IMG/VR virus record: IMGVR_UViG_3300043426_000266
Location: 141,064 to 205,063 of that record
Direction: 5' to 3' (one strand)
DNA: 64,000 nt
The translations under genes and the position numbers were made by a program. Positions 56,883-64,000 of this stretch are shown piece by piece. The notes under the pieces were generated by a model. It saw only the letters and a list, made by a program, of their open reading frames with translations. It was not told where the DNA came from and ran no database searches. The stretch's first letter is position 1, and every line of letters starts with the position of its first letter.

Positions 56883-57779
56883 ATGAGTTTTCTTAATTAT
56901 TTAAAAACGATGAATGAGTCTTTTCCAAAGAAGCAAATCATCGAAGACATCAATGTTCTACGTGAAGACTTATTAAGTTATACTAAGCCGAACTATGAAC
57001 TTGCCAATAAAAACTTTGGAACCGTTGGGTTTAAATCGAAGTGGTATGAAAACTTTCATGAGCAATTGAAAAACAAAGTAAGTCGGGTTAATTCAAAAAA
57101 CTTTATCCCACCTACGTTGAAAGCAATTGATAAAATCATTGATCGTTTAGATTCAATTGAAAAATTAGTTGATGATAACTTTAATGATGACGTGTTAATT
57201 AATGCGATGAATATTAAACGCATTAACATTCTAGCCTATTTAGAAGCATGTAGTTTCTTTTCTATCTACGCTCGTCGTTTATTAAACATGGTGATGTCGG
57301 TTGAGATCAACACTCAATCTGATGATGTAACCAATGAGTTAGATGATATTTTACCATTTAACTTAGAGTGGTTGAAACAACGTCGTGATTCTTGGTTTAC
57401 TGTTTTAGATATCTTCTATAATGGTAAAGGTGACTTAGAAAAAACTGTTGAAGCATTACCTGACATCAATGTTAATCAAACTAACATTCGTGCGGTTGAA
57501 GCAGTGAATCGTAACCTTGACCCAAATGGGTTTGGTTTTATTCCAGTGGTTTTAAATCCAGCTTATCATATCGGTATGATTGTTGCTGAGTGGCAGGTTT
57601 CTCGTTTGCATACCGCAAAAGCAGAGCGAGACGTTTTAGAAGTTCAGGTTTTAAATCTAAAACTTCTTCTTGATGGCAAGAACGATGCTAAACTTCAACA
57701 GAAGATTAAGTACATCGAAAACGAACGTTTGAAACCACTCTATCAGCGTATTTCTAAGATGGAGGCCAAGTATGGCTAG
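56883..57779 (+). CDS. Major internal head protein (phiKZ gp90-like)
   Basis: NP-x-YHIG-x-x-x-AE-x-Q motif; synteny. Confidence 0.7.
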   Translation: MSFLNYLKTMNESFPKKQIIEDINVLREDLLSYTKPNYELANKNFGTVGFKSKWYENFHEQLKNKVSRVNSKNFIPPTLKAIDKIIDRLDSIEKLVDDNFNDDVLINAMNIKRINILAYLEACSFFSIYARRLLNMVMSVEINTQSDDVTNELDDILPFNLEWLKQRRDSWFTVLDIFYNGKGDLEKTVEALPDINVNQTNIRAVEAVNRNLDPNGFGFIPVVLNPAYHIGMIVAEWQVSRLHTAKAERDVLEVQVLNLKLLLDGKNDAKLQQKIKYIENERLKPLYQRISKMEAKYG

Positions 57780-58284
57780 AATCACTATCTGGGCATCTGG
57801 CGGTTATGTGACCCCAGGTGCTAACGTAGCAGAACATTATGGCTGCTACGAAGATTGGACACTTGGTGATAATCGCGTCAATGAATTTGCTGCTACACCA
57901 AGCTTAGAAATCATTGATAAAACTCATCCAGAGTTAATCTTAGAGATTTCTAAAAAAGCAGTTGAGTTGTTTGGTGGAAATCATCTTCTAAGCTTCATTC
58001 AAGAAAATTTAAAATATAACCGTTTTAAATCCGATTTGCATTTTGAGTTTTTGAAAGATACAATCGAGTTTATTAAAACGGGTAAAAGAAGTATGAGTAT
58101 TAGTACTTGGCAGAGTTTACTTATTATTCCAACTGGAAAGATGAGTACGACACAAGCAGCTAAGACTACATATTCTATGAATCCTAGTGAATATTCTGGA
58201 GCAACAATCCAGAAGTGGTTAACTCAGGAAAACGGCCTAGCCGATCTCACGTACAGTATGCGTATTATTTTTGGTCGTTATTAA
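57772..58284 (+). CDS. Conserved virion-associated protein
   Basis: GGAGG SD; 170 aa in the head operon. Confidence 0.6.
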   Translation: MARITIWASGGYVTPGANVAEHYGCYEDWTLGDNRVNEFAATPSLEIIDKTHPELILEISKKAVELFGGNHLLSFIQENLKYNRFKSDLHFEFLKDTIEFIKTGKRSMSISTWQSLLIIPTGKMSTTQAAKTTYSMNPSEYSGATIQKWLTQENGLADLTYSMRIIFGRY

Positions 58285-58345
58285 AAATAATACCGTACAT
58301 AATCATTAATTTCTTATTTCGCGAAATTTAAGAAGGAAACAACTC

Positions 58346-59737
58346 ATGAGCGCATTTCAATACGCATTAGAATCAGCTGACAACGCTGAGTTCAACGAAG
58401 CACCACTAGCTAATGGTGAAGAAACACATACTGTCGCAAATGCAATTGCAGAAGCACAGGACCTTGCACAAGAAGCAGCAGATGCAGATAAAGTTGCTGA
58501 GGATCTTGAAGATGAACAAGAACAAGCCGAAGACCTTGCAGGCGAAGTAGAAGATACTGTTGCTCAAGAAGGTGCGTTAGATCCAACCGCAGCTCGTATT
58601 TTAAAAGTTGCGTTTGCTAATATCGTTGGTAAGCGTCATGCTGGTAAAGTATTGCCTGCAACTGAAAACTTCGAAGGTGGTCGTCAAGCTGGTCGCGAAT
58701 CAACCCGTATTGCTTTAGAAGGTATCAAAGATACTTTGAAAGCTTTCTGGGAAGCAATCAAAGCCCAGTTCAAAAAAGTTTATGCAAAAGTTAAAGACTG
58801 GATGGTTAAAACTTTCTCTGCTGCTAAAAAACTTCAAGCTCGTGCCGAAGCGCTTCAAAACAAAGCAAGTTCTACTGTAGGTTCTATCGAAGAGAAAAGC
58901 TTTAGCTTTAGCCAAACCAAAACAATTGCTGTAGACGGTAAATACAATGAACCTGGCAAGTTAACATCAGGTTTGAACAACCTTCGCCAAGTGGTTGTGG
59001 GCACAATCACTGAGTTGAAAAAAGACACAGTTGATACAGCTATTGATAATACTGTAACTGCTATCAAAGATGCATTTACAGGTGCTGGTAGTAATAGTCG
59101 TAAACTGGAGCCAACGAAAGTAGAAGCTCTAAAGACTGCTGTTAAATCAGCTATTAAAGGTGCGACTGCTGGGAAAATCCCTGGTTCGGTTGGTGACACT
59201 AAAAAATATGCTGATCAGTTTGGTGATTCAGCTGAAGTGGATGTAACTGGTGTATTTGATTTACCAGGTGGTAAAGCGATCATCGTTGTTGAACCTAAAG
59301 GTCAGCCTATCAACTTAGATGCAGCTGTGAAGACACTAAAAGGCGCCAAACTCGTACTGGCTTCTGATCGCTACAACCTTCGTGAAGTATCTGAAGGTGA
59401 CGTCAAAACGTTAACGACTTCTCAAATTGATAAAGTGTGTGATGACGTAATTGAAATCGCTGAATCAGTTCATACTTTCGAGAAGAACTGGAAAGAAAAC
59501 GACAAGTTGGTTGAGAAAATCCAACGTGAAGTTGACGACCTTGTTAAAGAATACGATCAAGAAGACGGAACCAAAGACAACGAGCAACGTATCTTCCGTA
59601 ACTTCTGTAACTCAGCAGTTGGTGCTATCCGTCGCAGCAGCCAGTTCAAAGCAAATCTTTGTCAGTATGGTTTAACTACTGGTAATGCGTTCTTGAACTA
59701 CGCAGAGCGTTCTTTAGCTCAGCATAAATCTAAGTAA
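58346..59737 (+). CDS. Inner-body/head protein, paralog 1 (phiKZ gp93-family-like)
   Basis: Acidic propeptide with ALE/AQE/ATE sites ending IALE|GIKDTLK-x-FW. Confidence 0.8.
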   Translation: MSAFQYALESADNAEFNEAPLANGEETHTVANAIAEAQDLAQEAADADKVAEDLEDEQEQAEDLAGEVEDTVAQEGALDPTAARILKVAFANIVGKRHAGKVLPATENFEGGRQAGRESTRIALEGIKDTLKAFWEAIKAQFKKVYAKVKDWMVKTFSAAKKLQARAEALQNKASSTVGSIEEKSFSFSQTKTIAVDGKYNEPGKLTSGLNNLRQVVVGTITELKKDTVDTAIDNTVTAIKDAFTGAGSNSRKLEPTKVEALKTAVKSAIKGATAGKIPGSVGDTKKYADQFGDSAEVDVTGVFDLPGGKAIIVVEPKGQPINLDAAVKTLKGAKLVLASDRYNLREVSEGDVKTLTTSQIDKVCDDVIEIAESVHTFEKNWKENDKLVEKIQREVDDLVKEYDQEDGTKDNEQRIFRNFCNSAVGAIRRSSQFKANLCQYGLTTGNAFLNYAERSLAQHKSK

Positions 59738-59750
59738 TTAGGTTTTGATT

Positions 59751-59775
59751 AGAAAGACCCCAGTGGGGTCTTTCT
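59751..59775 (+). terminator. Intrinsic terminator
   Basis: AGAAAGACCCCA-G-TGGGGTCTTTCT. Confidence 0.8.
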
Positions 59776-59801
59776 TTTATGCAGCTATTTAATGTTTTCT
59801 T

Positions 59802-61259
59802 ATGAAGATTAATCGGAGACAAGTAATGTCTGAATTTAGTAAATTGATTGAAAATGCTGATGAAGATGTTAAGCACATCGTTTTCACAGAAAATAAAACA
59901 AACGATATTCAATCCTTAGATAACTCTCATACTGAGGCAGAGATTGCTCGTGACCATTTGGATGAGATTGAAGAACGTAATGCTGTAACGATTGAGTTAT
60001 TAAAAGATGTTGATGTGGCGACTGAATCTCGTGATCTAACTCCAGCCGAATTTAATATCTTAAAAACTTCTCTTCGCGCAATTACCAATTCTCGAGTTTT
60101 AAAAGACGTTGCAATGGAATCAAGTGAAGGTGCTAATCTTCGGCCAATTGCGATGGAGGGAATTAAAGATACTTTGAAAAAGTTCTGGGTTTTCATTAAA
60201 GAACAAGTGAAAAAGTTTTGGACAATGTTAAAACAATGGTGGATTAAATGTTTTGATATTTCTAAACGTTTAAAAAAACGCGCTGATAACCTAATTAAAG
60301 AAGCGGATGATCAATATGGTTCGGCGTCTGAAAACACAATGGACTTTCCAGAAATTAGCAAACTAGCAATTGCAGGTAAATATAACGACCCTACCGCGAT
60401 TGTACACGGGTTAAAAAGTTTAGAAGATATTACGGCTGACTTTATTAATGATAATACTTCTGAACGGTTTAATGAAACTGTTGAAGAGTTGTCAGATAAA
60501 ACAACCCGAGTAATTGAAAACATCTACTCAGAGGCAAAGGATGTTCTAAGTCAAGTACCCGATCAACGTATCGAAAGAGATCGTATCTATATCTCTAAAG
60601 ATGACATCACTTCAATTAAAACAACCTTATCAAAAATCCTAACGACAGCAGACAATGATTTTATTAAAGATGCTTCTTTTGCCTCAACTGGAAATGAAGA
60701 TAAATTTAAAAAACTTCATGGGGTTGAGAGTGATAAAGATCGCTTTACACGTTCTGTGAATTTACCTGGGGATAAATGGGTACTTTCAGTACAACCGGAA
60801 TTAGCAACCTTATCAAATACGAATTTATCAAATTTACCCGATATTATTGATTATGTTCGTCGTAGTAAACTTACCATTGGTTCTTGTTTCTACAACGCTA
60901 AAAAATATGATTCAGGTTTAGAAGTTCGTGCATTAAACCCATCTTTGATTTCTAGAGGATGTGAATCAGTTTCTAAGATTTGTGAATATGTTTTTGAATA
61001 TCGTCAAGCATTTGAAAAGCGTGATAAATTTAAAGAACGTGTGATCAAAGATATTGATCGTTTAATTAATGAAGTTACTGATGAACATGAAAATGCTTAT
61101 CAAGAAGTCGATCGGACGACAAGGACCTTTGCCAATTCAATGGTTGGTCTTATCCGTCGCCGTTCTGATTTCGAAACCTCACTGTGTTCGTATGCGATAG
61201 CCACTGGTGTAGCCTTTGCTAACTATTCAGAAAAGTCTTTAAAATTATACTCTAAATAA
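59802..61259 (+). CDS. Inner-body/head protein, paralog 2
   Basis: IAME|GIKDTLKKFW, GKYNDP and LPG-x-K motifs shared with paralogs 1 and 3. Confidence 0.8.
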   Translation: MKINRRQVMSEFSKLIENADEDVKHIVFTENKTNDIQSLDNSHTEAEIARDHLDEIEERNAVTIELLKDVDVATESRDLTPAEFNILKTSLRAITNSRVLKDVAMESSEGANLRPIAMEGIKDTLKKFWVFIKEQVKKFWTMLKQWWIKCFDISKRLKKRADNLIKEADDQYGSASENTMDFPEISKLAIAGKYNDPTAIVHGLKSLEDITADFINDNTSERFNETVEELSDKTTRVIENIYSEAKDVLSQVPDQRIERDRIYISKDDITSIKTTLSKILTTADNDFIKDASFASTGNEDKFKKLHGVESDKDRFTRSVNLPGDKWVLSVQPELATLSNTNLSNLPDIIDYVRRSKLTIGSCFYNAKKYDSGLEVRALNPSLISRGCESVSKICEYVFEYRQAFEKRDKFKERVIKDIDRLINEVTDEHENAYQEVDRTTRTFANSMVGLIRRRSDFETSLCSYAIATGVAFANYSEKSLKLYSK

Positions 61260-61316
61260 CACGATATTTATGAGTCATTACTAATTCTCAATTAACCCCC
61301 TATAAAGGAAATCAAC

Positions 61317-62732
61317 ATGAGTGCATTCAATAGCTACGCTGCTGAGTCAGCTGATAGCCAAAACGAAGATGTAACAGCTGTGCCAGAAGATGAAACCGCA
61401 ACTTCTGAATTAGCAGATGCGACTGCGGAACAAACTGAAGTTGCTCAGGAAGATGACATTGCTGAACAACTTGGCGAAGAGCAAGAACAAGTAGAAGATC
61501 TCGGTGAAGCAGTTGCTCAAGAGTCTGGTGGTTTAACTCCACAAGCAGCCCGTATGCTTAACTTAAGTTTACGTCGTATCGTTGGTAAAAAACACGCCAG
61601 CAAAATTATTGCAACTGAAAACTACACCAGCTCACGTTCACTTCAGCTAGAAGCTAAACAAATTGCTTTAGAAGGTATCAAAGATACTTTGAAAGCTTTC
61701 TGGGAAGCGATCAAAGCTCAGCTCAAGAAATTCTATAACAAAGTTAAAACATTCTTTGTTAAGGTTTTCTCAGCCGCCCGTAAACTTTCTGAACGTGCTA
61801 AAAAACTTCAAGATAAAGCTTCTGAAACCGTAGGCTCTATCGAAGAGAAAAGCTTTAGCTTTAGCCAAACTAAAGCCATTTCAGTCGACGGTAAGTATAA
61901 TAACCCAAGTGATTTAACTAGCGGTTTAAATGAAATTTATCAATGGATGAAAGGTAATCTTACAGTTAAAAAATCTGAAGACTATGAAAACGTCATTGAA
62001 AAAACTCAAGGTCAAATTGAAAAATCAGTTAAAGACCTTATTGATGATGTCAAAGGCGGCGGTAAGGGTTTTGGTTTAGCAAGTGGTGGCAAAACCTCAA
62101 TTAGTGCAGAACTTGATAAGGCAGGTGTTATCAAAATTACACCACTGGGTAAAATGAGTTCCCCAGACAGTAAGCTTGTTGACATGTACAAAGATAAAAC
62201 TGATAACACCGTTACAGTTGGATTCAGTAAAGGTCTACCAGGCGGTAAATCTATCGTTTCAGTTTCAGTCAGTAAACCAATGGGTGGTACTTCAATTGAG
62301 GGTTTAACCGCCGCTATCAAAGAAGTTAAGCAAACTCGTTTACTTCTTGGTAACGATAAATATACACCACGCGATGTAACTGAAGGTGACGTCAAAACAT
62401 TAACCACTTCTCAAATTGATAAAGTGTGTGATGACGTCATTGAAATTGCTGAAATTTCCTACACGTATGAAAAAGCGTGGGAGCGTCGTGATAAGTTCCA
62501 ATCTAAACTTGAACGTGAAGTTGATCAAATTGTAAAAGAAGTTGATCAAGAAGATCACGACAAAGTTGATTCAACAGTACAACGTGCCGTTCGTCAGTAT
62601 GCCGAAGCATTCACTGCATCAGTTCGTCGTCGTACAACTTTTGAATCTCAGTTCATTGGTTATGCATTGAATACCGCTTCTGCAATGTTGAACTATTCTG
62701 AACGTTCACTTGCGCAACATAAAGCTAAGTAA
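61317..62732 (+). CDS. Inner-body/head protein, paralog 3
   Basis: IALE|GIKDTLKAFW; shares identical DNA blocks with paralog 1. Confidence 0.8.
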   Translation: MSAFNSYAAESADSQNEDVTAVPEDETATSELADATAEQTEVAQEDDIAEQLGEEQEQVEDLGEAVAQESGGLTPQAARMLNLSLRRIVGKKHASKIIATENYTSSRSLQLEAKQIALEGIKDTLKAFWEAIKAQLKKFYNKVKTFFVKVFSAARKLSERAKKLQDKASETVGSIEEKSFSFSQTKAISVDGKYNNPSDLTSGLNEIYQWMKGNLTVKKSEDYENVIEKTQGQIEKSVKDLIDDVKGGGKGFGLASGGKTSISAELDKAGVIKITPLGKMSSPDSKLVDMYKDKTDNTVTVGFSKGLPGGKSIVSVSVSKPMGGTSIEGLTAAIKEVKQTRLLLGNDKYTPRDVTEGDVKTLTTSQIDKVCDDVIEIAEISYTYEKAWERRDKFQSKLEREVDQIVKEVDQEDHDKVDSTVQRAVRQYAEAFTASVRRRTTFESQFIGYALNTASAMLNYSERSLAQHKAK

Positions 62733-62746
62733 TTAGTTGAATGTTA

Positions 62747-62773
62747 AACTCTACCCCCGTAGGGGGTAGAGTT
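62747..62773 (+). terminator. Intrinsic terminator
   Basis: AACTCTACCCCC-GTA-GGGGGTAGAGTT. Confidence 0.8.
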
Positions 62774-62834
62774 CTTTATGCAGATTTATTTATTTTACAA
62801 ATAGTCCATTATTATAGAACAAAGGAGATAATCA

Positions 62835-63146
62835 ATGGTTCATGCAAAAGATTTAGAAAACTTAATTTATCGTCTTATTGGTTTGATACATCGTCTGGAT
62901 AAAATTAACCCATTATTAATTCGTCGTCGGGAATGCTCTAGTGTTCGACGAACACTAGAGGAAGCAAAGGAAGCCTCGACCAACCGTGTGTTAGGGCAAA
63001 TGCGTAGATTAGAACGACAGTGGGTAAAACGAAACGCGACTATAAGTGATTTGGTTAAACAAACCATCTCATTTGAGAAAAAGTTTCAAACGATGATTCA
63101 GGACAAACTTGAACAACTTGATAAACTAGAACAGGATCCGACTTAG
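62835..63146 (+). CDS. Basic, coiled-coil hypothetical protein
   Basis: AAAGGAG SD; 103 aa. Confidence 0.65.
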   Translation: MVHAKDLENLIYRLIGLIHRLDKINPLLIRRRECSSVRRTLEEAKEASTNRVLGQMRRLERQWVKRNATISDLVKQTISFEKKFQTMIQDKLEQLDKLEQDPT

Positions 63147-63436
63147 TGAGTTTACAAAAGAAAAACTTAAATCTAGTTCTTGAACGGCTACGTGCCAAGA
63201 TTAAACTCATTAGTGGATGGGACGAGTATTATCCTGGAATAGAACCTAAACAGCGGATTGGAGGTGAGACTTCTGATGAACATCTTCTTTGGATGTTAAA
63301 TGAAATTCAAACCAACTACAATGAAAAAGACGATAGTAAATATCAGCGTTGGTTAGGTTTCATTCAGGGTGTCATGGTTGCAAAGGGTCATACGACCGCA
63401 ACTAGTGAACGAGAGCTTACTAGAGGTTTACTTTAA
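63146..63436 (+). CDS. Widespread phage hypothetical protein (HLLWML...K-x-x-RWLGFIQG...ER-x-x-TR family)
   Basis: Motif recognised as a recurrent phage family of unknown function; GTG start overlaps the previous stop. Confidence 0.65.
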   Translation: MSLQKKNLNLVLERLRAKIKLISGWDEYYPGIEPKQRIGGETSDEHLLWMLNEIQTNYNEKDDSKYQRWLGFIQGVMVAKGHTTATSERELTRGLL

Positions 63437-63461
63437 CTGTGAGTCAAATGAGAAAACCAAA

Positions 63462-63734
63462 ATGAAAAAGTTGTTGTTAACATTGAGTTGTGTATTGACG
63501 ATAGGTTGCTCTTCTTCTAGTGATGCAACCAAGGCTTTAAAAGCTCAAGGTTTCACACATATTCAAACTCGTGTGACGTTTTTTGGTTGTAATGAGGATG
63601 ATGCATCTAAAACCAGATTTAGTGCTAAAAACACCAAAGGCGAAATCGTTACTGGAGTGGTATGTTTAAACCAGTTGAAAGGTTTTATTATTCGTTTAGA
63701 TTATGGTGATTATGAAATTAAAAACAAAAATTAA
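63462..63734 (+). CDS. Small phage lipoprotein (90 aa)
   Basis: MKK, hydrophobic core and TIGC lipobox; then FFGC-x-x-x-D...F-x-A...G-x-VC. Confidence 0.7.
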   Translation: MKKLLLTLSCVLTIGCSSSSDATKALKAQGFTHIQTRVTFFGCNEDDASKTRFSAKNTKGEIVTGVVCLNQLKGFIIRLDYGDYEIKNKN

Positions 63735-63822
63735 GCGGCGTAATCAACAACGTCGTAGATTCTATCAATTAAAAGTTATTCGAATTATTGCGAAGATTGA
63801 ATATCAACCTTTGAGTACTCTC

Positions 63823-63848
63823 AATAAAGTCCCCTAGGGGGCTTTATT
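63823..63848. terminator. Near-perfect palindromic terminator (CCCCTAGGGG core)
   Basis: AATAAAGTCCCCTAGGGGGCTTTATT. Confidence 0.75.
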
Positions 63849-63915
63849 TTATGAGCTCATTGTCTTACAAGACACCCCCCCCCCTAACTAAGATCTTAAA
63901 ATTGAGGGTTTTTAA

Positions 63916-64000
63916 ATGCCTAGTATATTTGCAAATGCAATGGAAGATTCAGATGTTATGAATGAATTCCAAAGTGTGATTGAACCAGAAACACTAGCCG
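63916..64000 (+). CDS. Partial CDS (MPSIFANAMEDSDVM...), probably another processed head protein
   Basis: GAGGG SD, upstream TATGAG, early AME motif; runs off the window end. Confidence 0.55.
   Translation, partial: MPSIFANAMEDSDVMNEFQSVIEPETLA

Larger units (their letters stand above)
58709..61708 (+). repeat. Dispersed identical blocks between paralogs 1 and 3: 47 bp (58709-58755 = 61662-61708) and 35 bp (58883-58917 = 61836-61870)
   Basis: Direct base-by-base comparison. Confidence 0.9.

Noticed and set aside
58715-62407. Antisense and alternate-frame ORFs inside the head paralogs (for example 58855..59199 and 62012..62407)
   Set aside because: Reverse-frame artefacts of A/K/D/E-rich coding sequence; they recur in each paralog as expected for shadows.
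1-64000. Stop-codon reassignment, as in some jumbo phages
   Set aside because: Core genes (RNAP subunits, polymerase, TS, helicase) are full length under the standard code, and TAA, TAG and TGA all act as stops.

Overview
This is a 64-kb, AT-rich, intron-free segment of a phiKZ-like (Chimalliviridae, nucleus-forming) jumbo phage genome in the standard genetic code. Gene order follows the phiKZ gp50-gp97 core. From left to right it holds: late structural genes; a dTTP-synthesis and accessory block (DHFR fused to a degenerate dUTPase-like domain, thymidylate synthase, a Tad1-like anti-defence sponge, a DUF1653 protein); a neck-like protein; an array of about 9 very acidic early proteins; the split family-B DNA polymerase (two subunits 28 kb apart); chimallin (ChmA); four non-virion RNA polymerase subunits, including the gp68-like subunit; an SbcD nuclease, ChmC, the PicA/Imp1 import factor and an SF2 helicase; one virion RNAP subunit; baseplate genes; and a block of head/inner-body proteins with prohead-protease A/S-x-E sites. 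No tRNA, rRNA, CRISPR array or mobile element was found. The most notable observations are: (1) a candidate programmed -1 frameshift at T-TTT-TTT (42987-42993) that joins a 767-aa CxxC protein to the next ORF, resembling tail-chaperone or T4 gp26/gp51 pairs; (2) a densely structured non-coding island (43530-43960) bracketed by two copies of the same palindromic terminator core; (3) a Tad1-like sponge with altered pocket residues and a C-terminal extension, next to a degenerate MazG-like/DUF1653 fusion; (4) apparent loss of the beta-prime zinc finger in the nvRNAP; (5) Arg/Asp-rich disordered tracts shared by nucleus-associated proteins. All assignments come from motif recognition and synteny recalled from memory. 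No database search was run, so phiKZ gp numbers are tentative.
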